A DNA stretch of 64,000 nt from Octopus vulgaris (taxonomy: Eukaryota). The position numbers were made by a program, and so were the translations under genes. Location of the stretch: positions 60,450,001 to 60,514,000 of the forward strand of contig OX597820.1 in NCBI GenBank assembly GCA_951406725.2. Direction: 5' to 3'. Shown in pieces: positions 13,381-25,105 of this stretch. The notes beneath the pieces were generated by a model. The model was not told where the DNA came from, searched no databases, and was given only the letters and a program-made list of their open reading frames with translations. Each line of letters begins with the position of its first letter. Position 1 is the stretch's first letter.

Positions 13381-14052
13381 ATCGCCCCACTTGTATGATC
13401 AGTATTCAAATATGCATCTTATTTGTGCTTTCTAGATAGTTAGTAACTGACTGAGATTGAAGTACTAGTTGGTTTTAAAGAGTAATGCCGGTTTTTGATG
13501 ATGCAGCTTTAGCAATGTAATATATGCGGAGTATTTGTGAGAGATCATAAAAAACAATGGGGCTTAGCGTTTGTAGTGACTTTGAAGGTTTTAATTATAT
13601 GTTGTTTATGACTAGAAGGTATTTCTTTCCTCTCTTAAGTTTAAGTCTTTGTTATAAGTAACGAGTTTATCGTGTTCTTTTCAGAAAACACTCCTTTCAC
13701 AGAGGTAACATATAAATCTGGATGAGGTGTTTAAGTTGCATGTGAATAATGCCTGTTTGCGGCAGTTTAAGGCGAGATGAAGGGCGATATCATCTGGATA
13801 GAAGGGAATGTTGCTGGAAGTGAGAACGAAAATACTATTGATGCAAGAAAAGAAAAAAAAAATGTGCGTGTGCGGACATGTGTGTGATGGTTACATTACT
13901 GAACAGAATTGTTAGAAGGTAGATGGCAGAGAGTCCATTCACGTGCACTGTAATGCTGCGGTCTGCTAGAAAGTTTACTGTCTAAGAAATAAGAGACCAA
14001 TAGAGTACATAAGCGGAAAACCTCGGTAGAATGTTCATGAGAACCTTCTATT

Positions 14053-14364
14053 TTTTTTATTTATGCGCCCTTTTCAAGCCTAGCCAGGCTCATGGGCCCT
14101 GTTTCCCGGTTTCTATGGCGTATGTGTTCCCCCCAGCTGGACAGGACGCCAGTCCATCGCAGCGTTACTCAACAAACAGGAAGAAAGAGTGAGAGAAAGT
14201 TGGGCGAAATAGTACAACAGGAGTCGCCACCCCACCCTGCCGGAGCCTTGTGGAGCTTTAGATGTTTTCGCTCAATAAATACACACAACGCCCGGTCTGG
14301 GAATCGAAACCGTGATCCTCCGACCGCGAATCCGTTGCCCTGACCACTGGGCCATTGCGCCTCC
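14053..14364 (-). mobile_element. SINE C with a 13-bp TSD (GAGAACCTTCTAT)
   Basis: Reverse complement of the 12997 head; A-rich tail; identical 13-mers at ~14039 and 14365. Confidence 0.9.
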
Positions 14365-14429
14365 GAGAACCTTCTATATTGATGTCAAATGTAACAATAT
14401 TCATAATATCGAAGTTTTCAAAAGTGTGA

Positions 14430-15330
14430 ACCTATTAGAGAATAACAAAGGAGAGTGAGTCTCCTGTACATCTGATTTTACAGAAGTTATACTCGGGATT
14501 ATTGAGTAGAGAGGGAGATTGAAGATGACGAAAGAAGTGATTTTTAGTAAAAGTTTCCCTAATTTTTGAGGTGTTGGAAGTGAGGGCGATGCTTGGCAGA
14601 GTTAGAGAAGTTGTTCTTTTGGAGAAAGGGTCACATTGTTGCACATTTCTAGAGATTGGAGCAGATTCTTATAATAGAGAGGTATAAAGAGGAGAGGTGT
14701 GAGGTTTTTCAGGTTATAGGAGTTGGTAGTGTGAAGGGACATTCATAGGAGAGCGATTTCAGTGATCCACTTTATCTCAAGGCTAATCGAGAACTAATAC
14801 ACTTTTGCTGCAGTCGGCATAAAACTGTGGAGCTCCGATGAGTTTGTTGACTTGCTCACCAGGGGAAAAGAAATTTAGGTGCTGTGTGGTAGGGATGGGT
14901 GGAGGTTAAGTGCGTTGCCTCGATTAGACAGTAAACAGGCGGATGAACGGACGAGTTGAACGGAACATGGGATGGCGATGGTTGGGAAATGTTTAGGAGT
15001 TGACGTAAGAAAGCGTTCAACGATATTTATAACACTATCGGGAATAGATACTTCAGAAGGGTATTAGAGTTATGCTTAATAACCATTTTATGTCAAGGTG
15101 ATGATATCAATGTAAATGTCTTGTAGAAAGTAAAAAAGAAAAAAAAGTCCACATTTGAATTTAATAATTTCAGAAGAGTCCAAGCTGCTTAATATCACCT
15201 CTTACATACCATATTTGATGGCATAAAAGATGCACGGGTTCATCTGACGCACCCCAATTTCATCAGCGTATGTTCAGGAAGAAAATGTCTAAAGCGCATT
15301 AAAGCTTATTGGAGGTCCAACTTTGCATAA
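14430..15330 (-). mobile_element. Possible old LINE relic related to 22280-23560
   Basis: Purine-rich plus strand with similar composition and short LINE-like pieces; no intact motif read. Confidence 0.35.
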
Positions 15331-15501
15331 GGGTGATTTTTTAAAGATATTTAAAAAAAAAAATATAGGTCTTATATGTCATCAAATACGAAATTAATTA
15401 TGTTATAATGAATAGTTTTGTTGTTCTTTCTTTATTAATTATATTTTGATACTACCATTTATCACTTATTCTAACAAAATATGTATCTAATTTCGTTTCA
15501 G

Positions 15502-15569
15502 CTTATGAACTATGGTTCAAGCAAATTTTATATGAAATCGATTCAGTTAGGGATCTTTTTTCACTCAGT
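15502..15569 (+). CDS. TDO2: Tryptophan 2,3-dioxygenase exon (AYELWFKQILYEIDSVRDLFSLS)
   Basis: Acceptor tttcgtttcAG, donor GTAAGT at 15570; 68 nt, phase 1 to 0. YELWFKQI is the canonical TDO motif following THQ. Confidence 0.97.
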
Positions 15570-16018
15570 GTAAGTATACATACATAAGCTTTTAAATTAA
15601 AAGCATAGTTTTACACAAACCCACTTCAACTAACCCTACCCTCACTATCTTTTAATCTTCTGTTTGAATGTGAAAACGTGCAATATTGTCCAAAGTGAAA
15701 CGCAAACATTTTTTTAGTGATAAGTCATGGTACCAATTAGAATTTTGCAGTGTGATCAAACCTGCCTTAACCAGCAATACGCTACTAGAGAAAAAATGTT
15801 GATGGATTCATAAAAATATAGATCATATTTGACATTAATTGGCGTGTTTTTCTAAGCAGAAAAGCTGATTATCAAAATATATCTCTTTAATTTCATCGCT
15901 TATTTATAATTACACTGTCTGATCTCCATCCTGGCTGGTCACACCACCCTTTTCCGACTGATTTTTTTTCTAATTCTGCTCATTCTGTGTCACATCTTTT
16001 ACTATTATCTCCCTCATT

Positions 16019-16450
16019 AAGGCAGCGAGTTGGTAGAATCGTTAGCACGCCGGATGAACTGCTTAGTGGCATTTCTTCCGTCTTCATGTTCTGAGTTCAA
16101 ACTCCGCCAAGGTCGACTTTACTTTTCATAATTTCGGGATCGATAAATTAAATACCAGTTGAGTACTGGGGGGGGGGGGTCGATGCAATCGATTATCCCC
16201 ACCCCAAAAATTGCAGACCTTGTGCCTATAGTAGAAAGGATCATTGTCTACCTTACCTCACGATGGCGGCAATCTGGCAGTATCGTTAGCACGCCGGGCA
16301 AAATGCTTAGCAGCGTTTCGTCCGTCTTTACGTCCTGAGTTCAAATTCTGCCGAGGTCGACTTTTGGGGTCAATAAAATAAGTATCAGTCAAGCACTGGG
16401 GTCGATGTAATCCGCTAGTCTTCTCCTTGGTACCTATAGTAGAAAAGATT
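16019..16450 (+). mobile_element. Two adjacent SINE A copies
   Basis: Heads at ~16019 and ~16265. Confidence 0.8.
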
Positions 16451-16514
16451 ATTATGTCCCTCACTTAATTGGATCAGTATTTCTTTCAATGTTATAACCA
16501 AAGAATTAAGTGAG

Positions 16515-16810
16515 GGCGCGTGGCTTAGTGCTTAGGGTATTCGGCTCTCGATCGTAAGGTTGTGAGTTCGAAAACCGGCGGCGCATTGTATCCTTGGGCA
16601 AAACACTTTATTTCACGTTGCTCCAGTTCCGATCAGCATAACAGCCTGCTCGTGAAATTAACGTGCAAGTAGTTGAGCACTCCACAGATGCGTACGCTTA
16701 ACATAGTTTCGAGGGAGATTCAGCGTGACACAGAGTGTGATAAGGCTGGCCCTTTGAAATACAGGTAACACTCATTTTTACCAGCTGAGTGAACTGGAGC
16801 AACGTGAAAG
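16515..16810 (+). mobile_element. SINE C (rearranged)
   Basis: tRNA-like head plus an inverted internal segment homologous to 13190-13325. Confidence 0.7.
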
Positions 16811-17679
16811 AAAGATTACCGTATATATCCTCCAAGTAATATTCAATCTCTCTTAAAAGTCAACTCACTAATTTGTGGCCAGATAATCTGTGATTTATTG
16901 TACCTTCAATAAAATTCGACCCTATCTTAAAATATATAGAACCAAGTATAGTATATCACTATATGTACAACCTAACCTACGCTTTCTGACACACATTTCT
17001 GTTAACAAATTCAAAGACAGAAAGAAGAACGAAAGAAACGTTTTAGTTACACAGACCTGTATCGTATCATTATTTTGTTATTATTGGACGTTCTGCTTTT
17101 CACTAATTAAAATTTCGACCCAAATAAAACATAAATTTCAGTTCCTGAAAAAGTAGTATACACATAAATGACGATCCCTAAAATTCAGTCTGAAAAATAT
17201 GATCTGTAAAACTCGATTTTGATAATGTAAATTGTCTTTCGTCTCGACAGGTAAGTTTATGTCTTACACATCCATTACGTTGAAATCACACTGACCAGAA
17301 AGGGAAAAAATATTTGAATTCAGAATATAAAGATGGACGAAACGTCACTAAGTATGTTGCCCGCATGATAACGAACCTGCAAGAATGAAGAAATTTACGT
17401 CGTAATAAAAAAGAATTTTAGAATAAAGTGAAAAATTACTCAATATACTTTTCGTAGAATACAAATTTTTATTGTTTAACAAGAATAATATTTAAATGGA
17501 AACCGAAGTTTCGTCCCGCTAAGGTTGTTTAATAATCTATGATATTTCGGGGCAAAATTCCCCTTTCCAAATAACACTGATTATTTTCTCTTAACAAGAA
17601 TCTTTAAATCGGTTTGAACGGCAGTTGTTTAATAATCTATGATATTTCCACGTAACTATAACACTGATTATTTTCTCTT

Positions 17680-18125
17680 GGATCTTTTCGGTTTGAACGG
17701 CAGTTTTTAAAAATAATTTCCACGTAACTAAACACTTTTAAACTTTGTATACTGGTAGAATGTGTTTATAAAACATCTTTATCTATTGGCTTTATTGAGA
17801 AAATTCTAAAGTTTGTAAGATATTTGTTGTTTTTTTCTTCAATTTCTGCAATTTCAACCAATCAGTGACGTCCATTGAGGTGAAAACATTCTGTGCCGTA
17901 TGAATATGTCCCTCGTTTAAGAAACAGATTGGGTTTATTTACATTTCTGAAGAAAAAAGATACCCTTCCCCCCACCCCCTAACCCTAACTAACCCTAACT
18001 AACCCTAACCAACCCTAACCCTAAAACAGATTGAAATGCAATAGATCGATATTAGGGTCATAATTATGGGTGACAATTTCGTATGACACCGCTAGAAAAA
18101 ACTGCCGTTCAAACCGAAAAGATCC
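17680..18125. mobile_element. MITE copy 1: ~29-bp TIRs GGATCTTTTCGGTTTGAACGGCAGTTTTT and an internal (TAACCC)-like array
   Basis: Matching TIRs at both ends; imperfect flanking duplication tttctctt/tttctcgc; second copy at 54370. Confidence 0.9.
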
Positions 18126-18459
18126 TTTCTCGCTTCTATTTGAAAAGGGGAGTTTCTCTCGAAGTATGTTAAAAGTATACCTTAGCATCAAGGGAAATTA
18201 ATAGAGTAGCTTTCAGAATTCAAGTACTCTAGCCTGCAAACGCCGAACTAATGCGGATTAGCTCACAAGATATTTTTGAAATTATTTTCTATTGTTTGTT
18301 AGCCTTAGGAAATAAATTGTAACACATTTAAATACCAGTCTGCCCTTGAAAAAGTGTCTACGTGAATAATATCTCGTTTACTGTTGGCCAGCGACAATGA
18401 ATATATTCATTTCTAACTTCCCTACGCGCGTAAGCGAAAGCACGGTATTGTAATCACTC

Positions 18460-18460
<1 letters not shown>

Positions 18461-18537
<77 letters not shown>
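18461..18537. repeat. (TC)n microsatellite
   Basis: Directly visible. Confidence 0.95.
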
Positions 18538-18541
<4 letters not shown>

Positions 18542-18829
18542 CTGTGTGTTTGCAAAATTACTGGAAAACGGCCGAACGGATTTTCACCAAATTTGGCAGG
18601 AATACTCATTGGTTGATTGGCTCGAAACGATGAAAATTTGTGTGTGTGTGTTTTTCATTTAGCTTGCATCACACACACACACAACACATATTCATATACA
18701 TATTCATATGTATATACATTCATATTTACACATATGTACACATGTACACATTAATATATATATAAAATACACACAGACGCGCGCGCATAGATATCGACAA
18801 AAATAAGTAGGTATCAAATATCATTAAAA

Positions 18830-20360
18830 AAGATAATCCTTCCACAGAACGTGGCAATTACTGGAGATCAATTTGGGAAAACCCTCTACCACTCGTGCCA
18901 TTACGAACTCGGTTGGGTTTTTTTCCCTCTACAGAGAAAAGCATCCTTGGGAAGTGAAGAGAAAACTTTTCTGATTTCTTAAATCCAGTCACAATAAGAT
19001 CTTGTGAACCTGAGGTACCTTTAAGAGTGAAGACTAAACCCACAGAGGCTGGAGTCAGAGGAGTGACTAAAGGCCTCAAATGTTAGGGAGGATGAAATTC
19101 GGCCCGAGATGTTAGTAGCCTTAAATAGAGATGGTATTTCCCAGCTAGTTTGTGTGTGTCAAGTGACTTGGACATCTGGATAGATACCAAAGCAATGGCA
19201 TTCCGGAGTGATAATCACAATTTTTAAAACGGGAGACAAGAGCGAGAGAGTGCTCTAACTATAGAGGAATCTCCTTGCTGAACCTCCTCGGTAAAGTCTG
19301 CACTAGACGCCTGGAAAAGAGTTGTGGGTAAATTGTTTTGCTCAAGCTATTTGAAGAAGAGTGTGGCTTCCGTCTTAGATACAGCACAACTGATCAGATA
19401 TTCACTCTACGACAGTTCTTCAGGAAATCGTTGGGGTGCTACCAAGAGTTGTACGCTTGCTACGTAGACTTCGAAAAGGCATATGACCGCGTGCTGCAGG
19501 ACATACTATAGAAGGCTTTGAAGGAGAAACTTTCGGTTGCCGTGAAGTCCTTATTCAGCTGTTTATGTTCAGTTAAATGGTACCTAGTCAAAACCATTCA
19601 ATGCAGTTGTTGAACTTCAGTAGGGATGCATATTGTCACCGCTATAGTCTGACATGCGCAACCATTGCGGAAGTGGTATGGCAATCGCTGGGAGTAAGAT
19701 AAATTAGTTGATATTTTCAAACGACAAGGTGGTGTTTGGCTCATTTGAAAGTGATCTCCCTCATGCACAGAATAAGTTCGCAGCCGAGTGCGCAGCATGA
19801 CAAAGGCTGAGAACTAGTGAGGCGGAAATTGAGAAAATCTTCCCAGTGCACTTTGCACATTAGATGAACATCACTGAGAAAAAGTGGGGATGCCCAAGTG
19901 TTTCGAGACAATTTTCACGAACGATGAGAATGGGGAGGCGGAATAGAACACTAGAATTGTAGGTGCTGGCACAATAATGCATCACTTCCAGTGTTTGGTT
20001 CTCAGAAGAGAAGCTGATAAAAAAGCTAAACTTGCTATATTCAATTTGGTTTTCGTGCCTCTCCTCACATATGATCATGAATGTTGGGTAATGACTGATC
20101 GCAAATGCAACTTCTCGAAATGGGATTTCTCGGAAGGATCTCTGCTGTATCATTACTCGACAGGGTGCGTAGCTCGGACACCATGGTAGTTTCTCCATGT
20201 CAAATCGCTTCTTATTCACATTGAGAGGTCACACCTTAGATACTACAGACGTGTGATTAGGGTGTCACAGGAAACACTTGCAAGTCGAGCCAAATGGCAG
20301 GAGAGCTAGACCAAGAACGAGATGGTCGGATAATATCCGCAGTCTTAGTTGGTCAAAACC
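18830..20360 (+). mobile_element. Degenerate RTE-clade LINE reverse transcriptase
   Basis: Broken frames give NYRGISLL, CGFR..STTDQIFTLRQ, YVDFEKAYDRV, LTYDHECW and RPRTRWSDNI, which are RTE-type motifs; many stops and indels. Confidence 0.8.
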
Positions 20361-20999
20361 TGCACCGATGATTTGTTTTATAGAGATCAAATGTTTCTAC
20401 TGTTCATTAACTCATTCCCGCCATCAAATCGATATTACCTGTACAGGTGCACTGTGTTGGTATTTACATCTCTGTAACTTATCGGTTCGGCAAATGAGAC
20501 CGATAAAGGAAGTACCAGACTTTAAAAAAAATACTAGAGTCGATTTATGTAACTAAACTAGGCGTCGCCTAAGGGGGTCCGAGGTGTCAGCGAGGAATTA
20601 CAGGGGGTCGATGATAGCAAAGGGGTCGAATGGGGGTCGGCGTGCGAAAGACCAGCTCACCCAGATGCACTGCTTGAAATACTTAGTCAACGCTATGAAA
20701 CGTGGAAAAACATGATAAATTTTCACATTTTCTAACTGTGAAAACAATTTCATAAAAATTGAAAGCTTAATATTGTATACTCGCTCATGAAGTTTTAAAT
20801 GTAAAAAGTATGTCATCCTCAACAGAATTTCTTAATTCGTCGTACATGTATATTTTAGCTGACATTTTAATTGCCAGCATCAATACCCAGTACGTATTTA
20901 AGATGTTACCGTAGGGTAGGGTATTAAGATATTTTAAATGAGGAGGGTGGTCGATGCGGAAAGAGAAGTGGCTTAAGGGAGTTGATGGTCTGAACACTT

Positions 21000-21360
21000 C
21001 GAGATGGTATCGCAGTATGGTCACTTTGAATGGCTTAGTCGAACAAATCGACACTGGCACATTTTTCTAGTCAAGCCTGGTACTTAATCCATCGATCTCT
21101 TACGCTGAGCCGCTATGTTGCGCAATCATAAACATAGCAACACCAGTTATGTACTGCCTTGGGGGTAGAGGAACAGACGTTCATATAAACATATATGGGC
21201 TTCTGTCAGTTTCTGTCAACCAAACCCACTCACAAGGCTTAGGAGAAAAAATGGGCTCAGTCTACTAAACATTCGTCCAACGTGCCCCGTTATGGGACTG
21301 AACCCAAGACCACATGCTTGGGAAGCAAGCTTCTTAACCACACACTCACACCTGCGCCCA
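21000..21360 (-). mobile_element. Degenerate SINE B
   Basis: Diverged reverse-complement match. Confidence 0.65.
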
Positions 21361-21502
21361 TGAACTATTCCAAACTGAACGAATAAATATCCTTGTGCAA
21401 AATGGCAAAAGGAACGAAATATTTTATTTCGCTAAAATACTGTCTTCTCCTTTTCTAAATTTTTATCACTTGTTTCTGTAAAAAAACAATTAAGTTCTGT
21501 GT

Positions 21503-21527
21503 ATGTGTGTGTGTGTGTGTGAGAGAG

Positions 21528-21600
<73 letters not shown>

Positions 21601-21950
21601 GTGTGTGTTTAAGTTGGTGTGTAGCTGTAATGTGATTAACTATAAAGGGAATATACCGTTATTCAAAATATATCACATCACAGTTATCTCCCATGAACTG
21701 CTAGCTCTATATCAATAATACATCACTAAATAGCGCCTAATACCAAAAAATTATTTCTTCGTGTCGTATTCTCTGACAGTTTACATAAATAGATAGTTTT
21801 TTTTGTGTGTGAATATGCGTCTCTCCGAGGACATACGCAGCTCTGCACTACTTACAACACCACACTACGCACACACATGCGCACAAAGTAATGTTTACAA
21901 TTAATATATTAAAACATATTGGAAACAGAATAATCCACCCAACCAAACAT

Positions 21951-22014
<64 letters not shown>

Positions 22015-22030
22015 GTATGTATATATAATA
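21503..22030. repeat. (TG)n(GA)n and (TA)n microsatellites
   Basis: Directly visible at 21503-21596 and 21953-22030. Confidence 0.9.
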
Positions 22031-22279
22031 TAATATTCCTCATAACATTAGTATCCCTCTGTCTGTCTGTGTTCTCTATCTAAATGGAATATATTATTGC
22101 ATATATTGCAAAGTTTAGTATTTAGTCTCTTCTCGATGAAGTAGACCACATTCGATGTTAAATATTTTACATTTGTTCTTTGGTGAGTCTGACGCACCAA
22201 GACTGACGCAAGGTAAAACAATGTGTGGGACAGGGGTATCTGGGAGGCGTGGGTAACGAGACCAGCCACCCCCGAGGGA

Positions 22280-23560
22280 CGGAAGCATTATAAAAGCGAA
22301 AGGAAGAGCCAGGACATCTGTAGGTCAGAAATTGGAACGTGCCTATTAGTGAGTAAATACCAATTAGTCAAGTGGCTCTTTTCTTGATGCTGTCCATGAT
22401 ACCTGCAAGCGTTGTAGCATCACCATCCCAAATGCTGGGGTTGTACTCTTTTGTCGGCCTCACTCGAACCTTTTAAAGTGTCAGCAGCAATTGGAGGCTG
22501 GATTATTTTCTGGCCGTGAGAAGAGAAAGAGCCAGCCTTCAGGCAGCTGTCCTACCTAAACTAAAGATGTGCTTTCACCAGTAGACCTTTTCAGTAATAA
22601 TAAGGCCCAGCATTTGAAGCGACTGTGAAAGCTCTCGCTGAGTGTCATTCATGTTTAGTGGGAAGTATGGTGTGGTTGTTTTTTCGTTGACATAAGCCGT
22701 GCTCGAGACTTCTGCTGTTAAAAGAGACAATGCTGTCGTGGATCGACTGAAGGATTTTCTTAACGTTTACGCTTATAGAATCAGTAAAGGTTTGACGTGT
22801 GCGACCAGGGCTGCGTGTGGATGATGCATGGTTGGAGAAAGTTAGCGAGAGATGAAGTATTTCATCGGCATAAGAGTCAGCGATGTTGGATATGGTGACA
22901 AGTGAATAATTGATGTGTTTAAGGAAGACAGCGAGGGACAAAACTAAACCTTGAAGAATGCCCCAGTTGGTTGAGCGTAGGGCGAAAAGAGCTCTGTGAA
23001 AACATGTCACTATGATAGGATCAGATTGGAAGCTATATCTATATGTATGTATATATACATTTAGGAATATGAGGGAAAGAGACTTTGATCTAGAGAAGCT
23101 GGAAGCCATTATTGCTGAAATCCAGATGGGAGAGGTGAGAGGTATAGAGAGTAGAGTCGCCGTTTGCACAGAATTCACCTCTTGGAGTAAAATTTGAGTA
23201 GAGATAGGTAAAAGTCAGGAATTGAGAAATTTGGAATTTTGACTGAAATAGGTGCTGCTTGCGTGTGAGGGGTGATGGGTGGGATCTAGGTCGGAGAGAC
23301 GTCTTAGCATATTTGAGAAGAGGAGGAAGAATTGGCTCAGGATTTGGATCTTTTATTTGACATTGTGGGAAGTGCAGGGCGTGATGACAAGGTCACAGAA
23401 TTACCTGAGACGGAGATCTGGTACGAATGCTTGAAACGAAGCGAATTCCACTAAAGATACCCAAGGGCAGCGTTATACTGGAAGTCGTGGTGCGCTTACA
23501 AGACTCCAAAAGTAGCGGATCTGCTATGCTCAGTGGGAAGGGCCAACATTAGGATGAACA
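22280..23560 (-). mobile_element. Highly decayed LINE RT relic (CR1/L2/Jockey group)
   Basis: Minus ORF 22645-23178 contains GILQGLVLSLAVFLKHIN...SYADE, a decayed GVPQGSVLxPxLF...YADD. Confidence 0.6.
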
Positions 23561-23642
23561 GTAGGAAAATAAGGAAAGAGAGAGAGAGGGAGAGCCGATC
23601 ACCAAAACTTATAAATATGCATTATTTTCATTACCAGAACAA

Positions 23643-23985
23643 AGGCGGCGAGCTGGCAGAAGCGTTAGCACGCCGGGCAAAACGCTTAGCGGTATTTCAT
23701 CCGTCTTTATGCTCTGAGTTCAAATTCCACATGGCGCATGGTTAGAGCGTCGAGCTTACGATCATGAGGTTGTGAGTTCGAATCCCCGACCGGGCTGCGT
23801 GTTGTGTTCTTGAGCAAGACACTTTATTTTACGTTGCTCCAGTTCACTCAGCTTTAGAAATGAGTTCCGAGGTCACAGGTGCCAAGCTGTATCTGCTGTT
23901 GCCTTTCCCTTGGATAACACAGGTGGCGTGGAGAGTAACTTTCTAGGTGCAATCCCACGGTCAGTCATGACCGAAGGGGGTCTCA
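23643..23985 (+). mobile_element. SINE A head interrupted by a SINE C copy
   Basis: A-type head 23643-23730 followed directly by a C-type head and body. Confidence 0.75.
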
Positions 23986-23987
23986 GG

Positions 23988-24022
<35 letters not shown>

Positions 24023-24174
24023 CGTGTGTTGTATGTATATATGTGAGTGAATGTGTGTGTGTGTTTGTCTCAACCTATGAAACTTAAAGTAATGCGAACC
24101 TGTTTAAGGCAGACACGCATGGACTCGTGCGCCCATACACACGTTCTCTCTCCTACTCTCACTTTCTCTCACTC

Positions 24175-24209
<35 letters not shown>

Positions 24210-24285
24210 AAACACACACACACACACACACTGATTTATATTCTTCTTTAAGGAAAATTTATACGTTTTAGTATCTATTTTGCAG

Positions 24286-24351
24286 TATATGGATGAAAGC
24301 AAAACTCTACAAATTATATGTCGCCTGAATAGAGTTGTACTGATTCTAAAG
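24286..24351 (+). CDS. TDO2: Tryptophan 2,3-dioxygenase exon (YMDESKTLQIICRLNRVVLILK)
   Basis: Acceptor tattttgcAG, donor AAG|GTAAGT; 66 nt, phase 0 to 0. Matches the TDO DExxxLxIxxRLNRVVLILK segment. Confidence 0.95.
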
Positions 24352-25105
24352 GTAAGTGATTACATATTATATTTATAGAAATATTGATTAAAATATGTTA
24401 AATCTATCCTCCTTTATCACGGATTTATTCATCTCTGATCCGGGATAACACAGTAGACACGTTTTAAGTCGTGTAACGCTTCACACAAATTGAACTGTGA
24501 TAACACGGGTCGGCGATTAGACGAAGATTTTACTTGGACCACAAAAGCGCACCATCCACAATGCTCAGGATAACTTGGGGTTTTGGAACGAAATCTACTC
24601 TTGGCTTATGTTCTATTATTCACTTCGTTTTTATATATGGTTTGCAAGATTCTCTATGTGAACTCGTGTGTTGAAACAAATTTTGTTGTATCTAAGGAGA
24701 GTCATTACGCCAATATTAATTACACACACATTTATTCAATTCCATTCCTTTATTATTAGTCAATTGGTTAAATATGTGTCCAACTAACCAGTCGATCATT
24801 TGTTTAACTTGTTGATTAAACAGTCAATCGGTTGATGCGATGGTCTCATTTTTTAAAACCTAAAACCCATGATAAACGAGAATGAATGTACAGCACAAAT
24901 CAGAAGTTTTTCCTGCTGGCCTAAGCGGTTGAGCTCCAGATTAACGAGAGTATTACTATGTGTTGTTCATCTACATCTCAAGTTTCAGTTCAAATCTCGC
25001 CAGAGATGTCTTCTCTATAATTCAACAAACTTCTATCTTTCAGAAAGTCATGTAACCACTCTCCAAGTTTTCCAGCTATGCCGAGATCACGCAGTTTGTG
25101 GCATA

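Noticed and set aside
17975-18025. Telomere-like (CCCTAA)n
   Set aside because: Internal to a MITE present twice in the window; not a chromosome end or fusion site.
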